A DNA stretch of 64,000 bases from positions 103,105,692 through 103,169,691 of the forward strand of contig NC_090373.1 in NCBI RefSeq assembly GCF_036365525.1, written 5' to 3'. The number at the start of each line of letters is the position of its first letter. Position 1 is the first letter of the stretch. Shown piece by piece: positions 24,245-36,548 of the stretch. This DNA comes from Heterodontus francisci (Eukaryota). A model generated the notes under the pieces. That model did not search any database. It worked only from the letters and a program-made list of their open reading frames with translations, and was not told where the DNA came from. Position numbers and translations under genes: made by a program.

Positions 24245-25620
24245 TAATCTTGTCTGGTAGTGCCACCCAAATATATCACAACCTTTGATGTTCTTAAGAG
24301 TGGATTGGGTGGGTGATGTGTGTTCCAGCAATGAATTCCAGACTGAGCCTGGTATCACTCCTTCAACCTGGATTATATTCCTCTGATTCTTCACCCATGC
24401 GTTTGCTGCAGGGAGAGTTGTGCTTCCCCATAGTTGGGATGCAGAACTGATTATTTTAAAAGTTCTTGTTATAGATATAAGTAATTTGTTATCACACAGA
24501 CACCATTGGTTTCATAACTTACAGAACTCTTTATGCAAAATCATGGTATTCGGGCAGCAAATCGCATTTTACCAGTAAAGTGTAAAAAATTGTGCGATGT
24601 CACTCCATCCAGAATCACATGCTCTTCTTATAGATAGTAACAAGTGGATTTGATAATTTTGCCACATTAAGTATAAGTACAGACCAAAATGAAAAGTCAC
24701 TAATCTTAATTAAAGTAACTTAATAACAAGTCTCTCAGTGTAATCTCCCTCATCCTTGAATTCTAAAGAACATTAAACCTACTGTCACTCCGATCCAGAA
24801 TATTGAGCCGCAATAATTGTGAGAGGCTAGGAAAGTGCAGGAATTTAGCCTCATATATGCATTAAAATTGTCAGTCAAATATTTTACTACATTTTGAATT
24901 TAAATTTATGATAATTTTCATCATTGTAGCTTTTAAGCCCAGAAGCTGTTTAAAGAAGAATATTTGATACCTCAGCTATGAGCTGATTTGAGGTATTAAT
25001 AAGTAAGTGATGGGCTACAGAAGAGGTCTGATTAGCTGTTGTTTGATTGCCAGTTTCCCCCCATGGCTATTGTGTACATTAAGACAGTCTAAATTTGAGT
25101 TAAGTAGTGAGGGGCCAATGGAGTGCGAAAGGCCAGAATATTATGGTGTCTAGGCTGAACAGGAGGGAGTTCAGCCTTGAGGTGCTGTTGGACACCAGGT
25201 TTTTTTCTCCTTAAAATTAATATTTGTATGAAGTCAGTATAAGGAGTTAGACTCTTTCAAAGATTCGGTGCTGGTGGAGTTCAGGTTATTACTATCTACA
25301 TTTTAAAAATTAAACATAAAGCATAATCCTGTTTCATGTGTGTGGAGTGCAATATATAGGTCGTCATGCATCCTCAGTGGATCCAGACCCATGTTCCTTC
25401 TCAGCTATGTGGCCGCACGGCCGTGCAGCAACCCAGAACTTCCCACGCAGGCTGAGCACAAGTCGGCTCCTATATATTACTGCATGTACACAAAAGAATG
25501 AAAGGGCCCGATCAGCACTGTCAGAAAGTTGAATCTTTGGAGCAGAGCTTAAGCAGCTTAAGAAACATAAATAGTGAGCAAGTACCACCAAAGAAGATAA
25601 GGAAAGAAACAGGTGGCGAA

Positions 25621-25827
25621 TATTAATTGTATATTAAATGTGTTCAATTAAATGCAGGTGGTGGGCATTAACTGGGGATTCAATTGTGGGTCCTATAAAT
25701 AGGAACAGACTGAAACTGAGGTGTGGGTTAGGAGGTGCATATTAGTAATGTGTAGCTCTGTGAATAAATAATTATAAAATGTTTACAGATTGGCTTCCTT
25801 TGCTGCCTGGCTTTCTGGAACAGAACA
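25621..25827 (+). repeat. 5' LTR of the Copia element
   Basis: TA(TG)TTAATTGTATATTAA...GAACA; contains tataaat and aataaa; similar to 36360-36548. Confidence 0.85.
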
Positions 25828-25845
25828 TGGCAGCAGAAAATGGTT
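25828..25845 (+). other. Primer binding site complementary to the 3' end of initiator tRNA-Met
   Basis: TGGCAGCAGAAAATGGTT versus expected TGGTAGCAGAGGATGGTT (15/18), immediately after the LTR-terminal CA. Confidence 0.8.
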
Positions 25846-26610
25846 GCCTAAACATGAAGGTTGGAAACTAAGAAGAAAAATTCAAATATAAAACTAAAAT
25901 CCTAGTGACCATGTGCAAAATGGCAGAAAGCAAGTGTAAATTGTGGAGGTATAATTACCCTCCAATGTTCTTGGAGTCTGAACTATATGACCAGTGGAAG
26001 ATTGAAATGGATATGTGGGCATAGGTTACAACCCTACCAAGAAGAAAACAAGGCATTGTCTTGGTGTTGTCACTTCTTACAAAAAGTAAAATCAGAAGTA
26101 AAGTATTTTGTCAGATGAATGCCCTTTAGTTGAATGGTGATGAAGGTTGGACCTTCTCTAAGAGCTCCTGGATGAAATCTACAAGAAAGATGATCTATTG
26201 AATACCTATGAGCCAGTTTCAGAATTTGGTAAATTTGGGAAAACAGATGGTCATTCCATAGAAGAATATATCATGGGCTTTAATAGATTGTATAAAAGAT
26301 TGACAAAATTTAATTTGGGATTCCTGGATCAGTACTAGCATTTAAATTACTGGATTGTGTTAAGATGTCTTATATGGACAAACAACTGGTTCCAACTGGT
26401 GTTCGATTCTTGGAGAAGGAGACTCTATTCAACTAGATGTCTGCTGCCTTAAAAAAAGTTCCTGTGGTAAGTCATTTCCTTCAGCTTTCAAGGAACAAAA
26501 GAGACATTCTGTGGTGATGCAAAGAATAGAAGACTCAATGATTGCCAGATTTAGAAATAGTCAAGATACCGGACGCAGCCATTAAAACAACAGAAGGATT
26601 AAAGACAGGC

Positions 26611-26760
26611 GGAGGCAGTGGTGTAGTGGTAATATCACGGGACTAGTAATCCAGAGATGTAGGCTAATGATCTAGGGACAAGGGTTTGTATCCCACCATG
26701 ACACATGGTGAAATTTGAATTCAATTAATAATAAATATGGAGTTAAAAGCTAGTCTAATG
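26611..26760 (+). mobile_element. SINE-B head only
   Basis: ggcagtggtgtagtggtaatatcacgggactagtaatccagag...; ends abruptly at a LINE-B fragment. Confidence 0.8.
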
Positions 26761-26763
26761 TCA

Positions 26764-27617
26764 ACCAGGAGCAGCACCAGGCATACCTAAAAATGAGGCG
26801 TCGGCCTGGTGAAGCTACAACACAGGACTAATTGCATGTCAAACAAGAGAAGCAGCATGTGATAGAGCTAAGTGATTCCAAAACCAACAGAACAGATCTA
26901 AGCTCTGCAGTCCTGCCACATCCAGTTGTAAATGGTGGTGGATAATTAAATAACTAACAGGAGAAGGAGCTCCACAAATGATGGGGGAGCCCAGCACATC
27001 AGTGCAAAGGATAAGGCTGAAGAATTTGCATCCACCTTCAGCCAGAAGTGCCGAGTGGATGATCTATCTCGGCCTCCTCCTGAGGTCCCCAGCATCACAC
27101 ATGCCAATCCAATTCACTCGATATCAAGAAACGGCTGAAGGCACTGGATACTGCAAAGGCTATGGGCTCTGACAACATTCCAGCAATAGTACTGAAGACT
27201 TGTGCTCCAGAATTAGCTGTATCCTTAGCCAAGCTGTTCCAGTACAGCTACAACACTGGCATCTACCTGGCAATGTGGAAAATTGCCCAAGTATGTCCTG
27301 TACACAAAAAGCACGACAAATTCAACCCGGCCAATTACCGCCCCATCAGGCTATTCTCGATCATCAGTAAAGTGATGGAAGAGGCCATCGACAGTACTAT
27401 CAAGTGGCACTTGCTCAGCAATAACCTGCTTGCTGACACTCAGTTTGGGTTCTGTCAGGGCCATTCAGCTCCTGTCCTAATTACAGCCTTGGTTCAAAGA
27501 TGGACAAAAGAGCTGAACTCCAGAGGTGAGGTGAGAGTGATTGCCCTTTGACATCAAGGAAGCATTTGACCATGTATGGCATCAAGGAACCTTAGAAAAA
27601 CTGGAGTCAATGGGAAT
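26764..27617 (+). mobile_element. LINE-B internal ORF2 fragment
   Basis: ORF 27162-27551 (NPANYRPI, QFGF); aligns by eye to ~46078-46950. Confidence 0.88.
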
Positions 27618-28635
27618 TTATTATGGGAAACAAAGAAATGGCTGAACAACTAAATGCATACTTTGGTTCTGTCTTCACAAAGGAGGACACAAATATCATA
27701 CCAGAAATGTTGGGGATCACAGGGCTTAGTGAGAGAGAGGAACTGAAAGAAATCAGTATTGGTAGAGAAATGGTGTTGGGGAAACTGTTGATATTGAAGG
27801 CTGATAAATCCCCAGGGCCTGATGGTCTGCATCCCAGAGTACTTAAGGAAGTGACCCTAGAAATAGTGGATGCATTGGTGGTCATCTTCCCAGATTCTAT
27901 AGACTCTGGAACAGTTCCTACAGATTGGAGGGTAGCTAATGTAACCCCATTATTTAAAAAGGGAGGTAGAGAGAAAGGAGGGAATTATAGACCAGTCAGT
28001 CTGACGTCGGTAGTGGGGAAAATTCTAGAGTCCATTATCAAAGATTTTACAGCAGAGCACTTAGAGAACAGTGGTAGAATCGGGCAGAGTTAGCATGGAT
28101 TTACGAAAGGGAAATCATGCTTGACAAATCTACTAGAATTCTTTGAGGATGTAACTAGTAGATTTGATGAGGGGGAGCCAGTGGATGTGGTTTATTTGGA
28201 CTTTCAGGAGGCTTTCGACAAAGTCCCACATAAGAGATTAGCGTGTAAAATTAAAGCGTATGGGATTGGGGGTAGTGTATTGCAATGGATAAAAAATTGG
28301 TTGGCAGACAGGAAACAAAGAGTAGGGATAAATGGGTCTTTTTCCGAATGGCAGGCAGTGACTAGTGTGGTACCGCAGGGATCGGTCCTAGGACCCCAGC
28401 TATTCACAATATACATTAATGATTTAGATGAGGGAACTAAATGTTAATATCTCCAAATTTGCAGATGACAGAAAACTGGGTGGGAGGGTGAGTTATGAGG
28501 AGGATGCAGAGAGGCTTCAGGGTGATTTGGACAAGTTGAGTGGGTGGGCTAATGCTTGGCAGATGCAGTATAGTGTGGATAAATGTGAGGTTATCCACTT
28601 TGGTAGCAAAAACAGGAAGGCAGATTATTATCTGA
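27618..28635 (+). mobile_element. CR1 RT fragment (no 3' tail)
   Basis: ORFs 27623-28093, 28121-28447 and 28428-28661 with [26 protein letters not shown] and KFADD. Confidence 0.92.
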
Positions 28636-31233
28636 ACTCAGAAATAGGAAGGGTGCGGTAACAATGTTGCGGCTGTACTACAGGCCTCCCAACAGCGAGC
28701 GTGAGATAGAGGTACAAATATGTAAACAGATTATGGAAAGATGTAGGAGCAACAGGGTGGTGGTGATAGGAGATTTTAATTTTGTCAACAATGACTGGGA
28801 TTCACTTAGTGTTAGAGGTCCAGATGGAGCAGAATGTGTCAGGAGCATCCAGGATGGTTTTCTACAGCAGTATGTAAATAGTCCAACTCGGGAAGGGGCC
28901 ATACTGGACCTGGTGTTGGGGAATGAGCCCGGCCAGGTGGTTGACATTTCAGTAGGGGACTACTTTGGGAATAGTGATCACAATTCCGTAAGCTTTAAAA
29001 TACTCATGGACAAAGACGAGAGTGGTCCTAAAGGAAGAGTGCTAAATTGGGGGAAGGCCAACTATACCAAAATTCGGCAGGAGCTGGGGAATGTAGATTG
29101 GGAGCAGCTGTTTGAAGGTAAATCCACATGTGATATGTGGGAGGCTTTTAAAGAGAGGTTGATTAGCGTGCAGGAGAGACATGTTCCTGTGAAAATGAGG
29201 GATAGAAATGGCAAGATTAGGGAACCATGGATGACAGGTGAAATTGTGAGACTAGCTAAGAGGAAAAAGGAAGCATACGTAAGGTCTAGGTGGCTGAAGA
29301 AAGACGAAGCTTTGAAAGAATATCGGGAATGTAGGACCAATCTGAAACGAGGAATTAAGAGGGCTAAAAGGGGTCATGAAATATCTTTAGCAAACAGGGT
29401 TAAGGAAAATCCCAAAGCCTTTTATTCATATATAAGGAGCAAGAGGGTAACTAGAGAAGGGATTGGCCCACTCAAGGACAAAGGAGGAAAGTTATGCGTG
29501 GAGTCAGAGAAAATGGGTGAGATTCTAAACGAGTACGTTGCATCGGTATTCACCGAGGAGAGGGACATGAAGGATGTTGAGGTTAGGAACAGATGGTTGA
29601 TTACTCTAGGTCAAGTCGGCATAAGGAGGGAGGAAGTGTTGGGTATTCTAAAAGGCATTAAGGTGGACAAGTCCCCAGGTCCGGATGGGATCTATCCCAG
29701 GTTACTGAGGGAAGCGAGAGAGGAAATAGCTGGGGCCTTAACAGATATCTTTGCAGCATCCTTAAACACGGGTGAGGTCCCGGAGGACTGGAGAATTGCT
29801 AATGTTGTCCCCTTGTTTAAGAAGGGTAGCAGGGATAATCCAGGTAATTATAGACCGGTGAGCCTGACGTCAGTGGTAGGGAAGCTGCTGGAGAAGTTAC
29901 TGAGGGATAGGATCTATTCCCATTTGGAAGAAAATGGGCTTATCAGTGATAGGCAACATGGTTTTGTGCAGGGAAGGTCATGTCTTACCAACTTAATAGA
30001 ATTCTTTGAGGAAGTGACAAAGTTGATTGATGAGGGAAGGGCTGTAGATGTCATCTACATGGACTTCAGTAAGGCGTTTGATAAGGTGCCCCATGGTAGG
30101 CTGATGGAGAAAGTGAAGGCGCATGGGGTCCAAGGTGTACTAGCTAGATGTATAAAGAACTGGCTGGGCAACAGGAGACAGAGAGTAGCAGTGGAAGGGA
30201 GTTTCTTAAAATGGGGACGTGTGACCAGTGGTGTTCCACAGGGATCCGTGCTGGGACCACTGTTGTTTGTGATATACATAAATGATTTGGAGGAAAGTAT
30301 AGGTGGTCTGATTAGCAAGTTTGCAGACGACACTAAGATTGGTGGAGTAGCAGATAGTGAAGGGGACTGTCAGAGAATACAGCAGAATATAGATAGACTG
30401 GAGAGTTGGGCAGAGAAATGGCAGATGGAGTTCAATCAGGGCAAATGCGAGGTGATGCATTTTGGAAGATCCAATTCAAGAGTGAACTATACAGTAAATG
30501 GAAAAGTCCTGGGGAAAATTGATGTACAGAGAGATTTGGGTGTTCAGGTCCATTGTTCCCTGAAGGTGGCAACGCAGGTCAGTAGAGTGGTCAAGAAGGC
30601 ATGCTTTCCTTCATCGGACGGGGTATTGAGTACAAGGGTTGGCAGGTCATGTTACAGTTGTATAGGACTTTGGTTCGGCCACATTTGGAATACTGCGTGC
30701 AGTTCTGGTCGCCACATTACCAAAAGGATGTGGATGCTTTGGAGAGGGTGCAGAGGAGGTTCACCAGGATGTTGCCTGGTATGGAGGGCGCTAGCTATGA
30801 AGAGAGGTTGAGTAGATTAGGATTATTTTCATTAGAAAGACGGAGGTTGAGGGGGGACCTGATTGAGGTGTACAAAATCATGAGAGGTATAGATAGGTTG
30901 GATAGCAAGAAGCTTTTTCCCAGAGTGGGGGAATTCAATTACAAGGGGACACGAGTTCAAAGTGAAAGGGGAAAAGTTTAGGGGGGATATGCGTGGAAAG
31001 TTCTTTACGCAGAGGGTGGTGGGTGCCTGGAACGCGTTGCCAGCGGAGGTGGTAGACGTGGGCACGATAGCGTCTTTTAAGATGTATCGAGACAGATACA
31101 TGAATGGGCAGGAAGTAAAGAGATACAGACCCTTAGAAAATAGGCGTCATGTTTAGATAGAGGATCTGGATCGGCGCAGGTTTGGAGGGCCGAAGGGCCT
31201 GTTCCTGTGCTGTAATTTTTCTTTGTTCTTTGT
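28636..31233 (+). mobile_element. Young CR1 LINE, 5'-truncated within the endonuclease, with 3' UTR
   Basis: 715-aa open frame plus downstream frames; tail ggccgaagggcctgttcctgtgctgtaatttttctttgttcttt. Confidence 0.95.
28664..30811 (+). CDS. CR1 ORF2 remnant: partial APE endonuclease + reverse transcriptase; frameshift at ~30600
   Basis: YRPP, GDFN and SDH (endonuclease); QHGF, YMDFSKAFD, GVPQGS and FADD (RT); the natural C-terminus continues in ORF 30601-30981. Confidence 0.85.
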   Translation: MLRLYYRPPNSEREIEVQICKQIMERCRSNRVVVIGDFNFVNNDWDSLSVRGPDGAECVRSIQDGFLQQYVNSPTREGAILDLVLGNEPGQVVDISVGDYFGNSDHNSVSFKILMDKDESGPKGRVLNWGKANYTKIRQELGNVDWEQLFEGKSTCDMWEAFKERLISVQERHVPVKMRDRNGKIREPWMTGEIVRLAKRKKEAYVRSRWLKKDEALKEYRECRTNLKRGIKRAKRGHEISLANRVKENPKAFYSYIRSKRVTREGIGPLKDKGGKLCVESEKMGEILNEYVASVFTEERDMKDVEVRNRWLITLGQVGIRREEVLGILKGIKVDKSPGPDGIYPRLLREAREEIAGALTDIFAASLNTGEVPEDWRIANVVPLFKKGSRDNPGNYRPVSLTSVVGKLLEKLLRDRIYSHLEENGLISDRQHGFVQGRSCLTNLIEFFEEVTKLIDEGRAVDVIYMDFSKAFDKVPHGRLMEKVKAHGVQGVLARCIKNWLGNRRQRVAVEGSFLKWGRVTSGVPQGSVLGPLLFVIYINDLEESIGGLISKFADDTKIGGVADSEGDCQRIQQNIDRLESWAEKWQMEFNQGKCEVMHFGRSNSRVNYTVNGKVLGKIDVQRDLGVQVHCSLKVATQVSRVVKKACFPSSDGVLSTRVGRSCYSCIGLWFGHIWNTACSSGRHITKRMWMLWRGCRGGSPGCCLVWRALAMKRG

Positions 31234-31409
31234 ACTCGTTTTAGATTTGGTGATGATAACACATTGAGGTCACTAAAGAGTTGAAATTTCAAGTAAAATA
31301 ACTGTGCTACGCCATTTTATAAGTGCTGGTGTAGTTTTTATTGAGATACCTATGCTGTTGAGTAAATCTTGTATGAAAAAGGCACAACTGAAACTTGATT
31401 TGGAGCATG

Positions 31410-31568
31410 ATAAGACAATTAAAAGGTAATTGGATAATTATCTGAAGAGAAAAAAAATTGCAGGGCTCTGGGGGAAAGGTGTGGAGTGGGACTAGTTGAG
31501 TTGCTCTTGCAGAGAGCCGGCACAGACATGAAGGGCCAAATGGCGCCCTTCTATGCTGATTCTATTTT
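31410..31568 (+). mobile_element. CR1 3' tail fragment inside Copia pol
   Basis: aattgcagggc...gagccggcacagacatgaagggccaaatgg resembles 23110-23230. Confidence 0.75.
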
Positions 31569-32606
31569 TGGAAAGTCAGTTGATCTGCAATTTACCCAGT
31601 CACTACATTATTGAATTCCCAGAACAAAATCTCACATTTCTCATCAGAGTGTTAGGCAAGTATTAATGGCATTAGGTGATACGAATCAGAGAAAAAAACA
31701 AATTGTGTTAAAATTACATAATTTTCTCGTCCTACTTGTCAAAGATTAAAAGCCCTGCTAAAGGATGCAGGGGTGGTCAACGAAGAATATACAAGGCTAA
31801 TGGAAGAAATTAGTGGGAACTGTGAAATCTGTAAAATGTTTCAGAGGATGCTTTCCCATCCTATTGTAAACCTTCCAGTTTGATATGACTTTAGCAAGGT
31901 AATTGCCATGGATCTAAAGGTATGGGAGAAAGAAAGAAATATTTTCATCCTACATTTTATGGACCTAGCGACCAGATTTACTCTTTCTACAGTAATACAT
32001 AGTAAAATACACAAGCAAAGTTTCTGACTGATAATGGAGGGGAATTTGCCAATGACGCATTCAGAGACATGCGTGCAAATATGAGCATCATGGTCATGAA
32101 TACCGCAGTTGAAAGTCCTTTCAGCATTAGACTTTGTGAAAGTAATCATGCCGTGATTGATGAAATGCTGCATAAAATTTTAGTGGATCAACCAGAATGC
32201 AAGTTAACAATCGCACTGGCACGGGTAGTTCCTCCAGATGGTTGGAGGATATCAATTAGTTTATGGGTGAAATCCCAAATTGCCTCTGTTCTGTGCAATA
32301 GCACTTCTGCTCCAGAAGGTACCACCAGTAGTCTCACTTTTTCATGGACATTTGAATGCTTTGCATTCAGGGAGATGGGCTTTCATCAAGGCTGAGGCCG
32401 CAGAGAGTTCTGAGGCATTGTATAAGACCATCCAAGACAGAATTTAAGTAAGGAGATTTGATCTATTATAAAAGAGACAGTAATAGGGAATGAAAAGGCC
32501 CTGGTAAGGTAACAAGTCATGATGGTAAGACAGTACTTCTCAAACGTGGCAATCAAATTATTAAGATTCATTCCTTATCAGAATTAATTTCAAAAGTTCA
32601 GACACG

Positions 32607-33383
32607 GGGCTGGATTTTAAGGAGTCTTCGACATGGCGGGTGGGGGGCCTGAAGATGGCCCGTATGAGGCCTGCCATGGATCACGAAGCCGGCAGGGCCC
32701 GGCCCGATCCTCCTGGCAGCAGCAAGACACCATGGCAATCTCCCTGCTGCTGGGCAACAGGACTATAATTTGAATATTTAAATCAATTAAAATAATTAAT
32801 TTAAATAAAGTTACATTGCCTCCTGAAGTCCCGCTGTCATCTTTGGCCCGGCGGCCGGCACTCCCACACCTTCGGATCCCCGTCTGGGGAAACGAGACAC
32901 CACACTGATGGGGAGGGGAGAGGAGGTAAGTTTATCAGTGAGGTGGATGGGGTGATGGGGAGATGGGATCAAATTAACGTCATGGGTATAGGGGATGATG
33001 GGAAGTGTTGTAGTTTAAAGTTTGTGCAGTTTGTTGGGGGGGGGGGTGGGGGGAAGGTCAGATAGTAAAGGTAAGTGTTTTGGGGGGGAGGAAGGGCAAA
33101 TAATTTAATTGTTATTGGGGGTGGGAGAGGGCAAAAGAGATGTATTTATTTAATTTCATTAACTCTTTCTTTAAATATTTAAATATGCTGGTAGGGCTAA
33201 CGGCCGTTTAAAAATGGCATTAGTGCCTACACATGGGCAGCTGACGCCATTGCCGGGGATGGACAGCCTGCCCACTCCATGTGATTGGGGGTGGGGGCGG
33301 ATCGCCCCAGATATTTAAATGAGCTGTCACACTTGGAATTACGGCAGCTCTTTGGAATACGGCAGGCTTATAAAATTCAGCCC
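32607..33383. mobile_element. Harbinger-type MITE (second subfamily) inserted in Copia pol
   Basis: TIRs GGGCTGGATTTTA ... TAAAATTCAGCCC; no clean TSD. Confidence 0.85.
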
Positions 33384-34854
33384 TGAGAAGCTGATAGAAG
33401 TAAATGAAATACCTTGTACCTGAAATGCTGTTGTGTTTTGTGATGAGGATCCTGAGGAACAGAATGCAGTATATCAAGGTTTGGATAGTAAGCGATCATG
33501 ACAGACATGACAGAACAATCACATCCACAGGTCAATTGCCCAGAGTGGGTACTTGGGTCTCATATATTCCAGAGGGGTCTAGTGAATGGAGGGATGACAA
33601 TTGTGGGATGTGCAGGAAAAGCTACTGGCAAGCTTATATATTGGTTGAATGTTCAGGATGATGACCAAGAAGCGAGGGCCATGGAGTGGCAGAATGGGGT
33701 GACAGAGTGGAAAGTAAGAAAGTGTGGTGTAAGTACTAATAGTGAGTCCAGAAATGAGTCATCCATCAGACAATGATCATATACTGCAGAAAGAAACTCC
33801 GATAGTGCAAGAGGGAGATCTCACAGTCGCAGTCCCAACAGACATAAAGGTTCAAGTACAGGCCATAACTTGAATAGATTAGACAATGGAATAAAGACCA
33901 CAGAATAGTCTTATAACAGAACTAGAAGCAGAAGTTTTCATTACTGTGAAGTCTTGGTGGCTGTCAATAAACTTGAGGATAAACTAGTAAGTGAAGCAAA
34001 AATAAAGGGAATTAGATAGTTGGAGAGAGTTTGGAGTTTATTCTGAGGTACCAGATAAGGGTCAACCTTGTCACATAGGTGTATTTGTACTGAAAAAGTC
34101 CTGAAGTGAGGATAGTTGCTAAAAGTTTTGAAAAGTGACTGGGTGATAGTAATGTTAGAGTGGACTCTCCCACAGCTGGAAAAGTCACTTTAAAAACCTT
34201 TTTAGCTCTTTTGGCCACATATTCATGGGAGTGTAGGTTAATCAACATAAAAGCTGCATTTCTGCAGGGCCATACTTTTCAGAGAGAAATGTTTCTAAAA
34301 CCGCCTAAAGAGGCAGCATATGCAGAAGGAAAACTGTGGAAACTAAACAAATGTGTCTATGGCCTGAATAATGATTCCAGATCTGGTATTTTTCTTTGAG
34401 ATCTCTTTTGCTGAAAACAGGTTGTGTTTAACTAAAAGCAGATCCCACAAGGTTTTATTGGTATCATAGAGGAAAACTTTCAAGCATCTACATGATGTAT
34501 GTTGATGATTTCTTATGGGGTGGTACTGCAGATTTTGAGAACTATGTTATTAATAAAATTAGAGTAGAATTCAAAATTGGGATTCAGCTTTAGGGTCTTT
34601 TAAATATGTTGGTTTACATAGTAAGCAGAGTAGGTCTGGAATAATTTTAAATCAACAATCCTATTTAGAGAGTGTTACTCTCATCCGAGTTAATTGTGCC
34701 AGGTCATCACATAAAGATGATGTTAATATCTAAAGAATAGACAGCAATTGTGAAGCTTGATTGGTCAGTTGAACTGGTTGTTCAGACAAGGCTAGATGCT
34801 AGTTTTGATGTATTGGAGTTAAGTACTATGATGAAACACCCTAAAGTACAGAAT

Positions 34855-35685
34855 GACTGGAATTTTACGTTGAGGCAATGACACTGCCCACTGGTTAAAA
34901 AGTCAGGGGAGTGCCTGCCTCCACCGGGCCTGGAAGCTACGCAGCAATTTTGCATGGCCAAGGCATTTAATTGGCCTTGGCCGGGACTTCCGCCCTTCCG
35001 AGGCAGTAAGTCCCTCCTCCAAGAGCTGCCAGCAGCTCCTCAGTCCCAGCAGTGCCACCGGGAGCAGTGTCTTTAATCCTTGCGAAAAAGTCTGTTCCCT
35101 AGCCGCTGATTCAATCTTCCTTCCTGGCCATTGTCTCTGGCTGAACCAGATTGTTCATAACCTCTCCATCCTACTTGAATCTGAGCTGAGCTTCCGATCC
35201 CATATCCTCTCCATCACAGAGACCACGCAGCCAGAAGAGGACGATGGACATCGGTCTTGGAGCACGTAATTGGAGCTCAGGCCTTACTGGGGACAGTCGG
35301 CTGGGCCCCAGAAAGGGGGGTGGTAGTCAGACAGCAGGCGGGGGTGTGGTTTTAGCAGGGGCAGTCCATGCTGCTGGGGGGGGACCTCTGTGGGGCACAG
35401 GATGTTAGATCAGGAGGACCCCAGCCCCAGTCTGCAAGGAGGCTGCCAGGCATTACTGGTAAGATACCAGTGGTGGTGGGAGGAGGCCCTTAAATGGCAA
35501 TTAATTGGCCACTTAAGGGCCTCAATTGGTCTGTGGTGGGTGGGCCATTTGCCACCTCCCCTGCTGCTGGTAAAATAGCAGCGGAGGCGGGTAGGCGACA
35601 GGAATGGCCCCTTGCCTCCCACTCAATTTTGGGCACCCCCGCCCCCAGCCTGCTTCCCCCCATGGGGGGACATAAAATTCCAGCT
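34855..35685. mobile_element. Harbinger-type MITE with AAT TSD, containing an L2 fragment (~35070-35226)
   Basis: aat|GACTGGAATTTTA ... TAAAATTCCAGCT|aat; removing it restores the Copia reading KVQN-VLRV. Confidence 0.9.
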
Positions 35686-36343
35686 AATGTTTTAAGGGTG
35701 GTAAAACATTAAGACATGTAAATCTGGAGAAATGTGCACTTAAGGTGCTAACCCAAAAGAACATGAAGATAGTCATTTTTAAGCATTATTTCACATGCAA
35801 ATCGTCCTGTTGGGTATTTGAGTGCAGCTAGTTTCATAATATTTCTGATGGGTGAGAATGGGAAATGTTGTCCTTTAGCTTGGGAAGCAAAGAAAATAAT
35901 AAGGGCTGTTAAAGTACTCTAGCTGCCAAAACACTGACTCTTGTGGAGGCAGCGGATAAGGGATTCTTCTTGTCAAATATTTTAAGTGAGGTTCTGTACA
36001 ATGGATGTACTGAAGATAGTGTAGCCATTGAATGTTATGTCGATAATTGTTCATTATGGGATAATGTACACTCTACGAAACGTGTGAGTGAAAAACGTTT
36101 ATCGATTGACCTTACTGGTGTGAAACAAATGTTGGAGAGAAAGAAAATCTCTAAAAATTAAATGGGTGGATGCAAGCAATCAACTGTCAGATTGTTTTAC
36201 AAAAAGAAATGCATGTACAAAGACATTGTTGGGGGTTCTAGGGAAGGGGTGTTTTGCAATGTAATGCTTTGTACAGATTTGGAAGTCTTTGATTTAATTT
36301 GCTTTGAAATTTTGGCTGTACATAGGAAGTCTAATTTTTATTT

Positions 36344-36548
36344 AAGAGAGCAGGGAATCTGTTAATTGTATATTAATTGTATGTTGGTGATGAGCATTAA
36401 CTGGGGATTCATTTGTGCTCCTGTAAATAAGAACAGACTGAAACTGGGTGTAGGTTAGGAGGTGCATGTTTTTAATAAAAGCTTATGAAAGTGTGAAAAG
36501 ATTTGCTATAGTTCTGTCATTCACTGCCTGACTTTCTGGAATAGAATG
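36344..36548 (+). repeat. Polypurine tract + 3' LTR of the Copia element
   Basis: aagagagcagggaatc|TGTTAATTGTATATTAA...; similar to the 5' LTR. Confidence 0.85.

Larger units (their letters stand above)
25621..36548 (+). mobile_element. Decayed Ty1/Copia LTR retrotransposon, GalEa-like, with nested insertions
   Basis: Two similar LTRs (25621-25827, 36360-36548); TSD GCGAA/GTGAA; PBS; PPT; domain order gag (YDQWKIEMDMW..VT..L...KQG) - integrase (CEIC, TDNGGEF, ESPFS) - RT (KAAFLQG, LWKLNKCVYGL, YVDDFLWGG) - RNase H (EKRLSIDL, QLSDCFTK). Confidence 0.9.

Noticed and set aside
25338-25591. CpG-rich patch with ORFs on both strands
   Set aside because: No convincing splice pair; it looks like a decayed DNA-transposon end (atgttccttctcagct...gcacggccgtgc).
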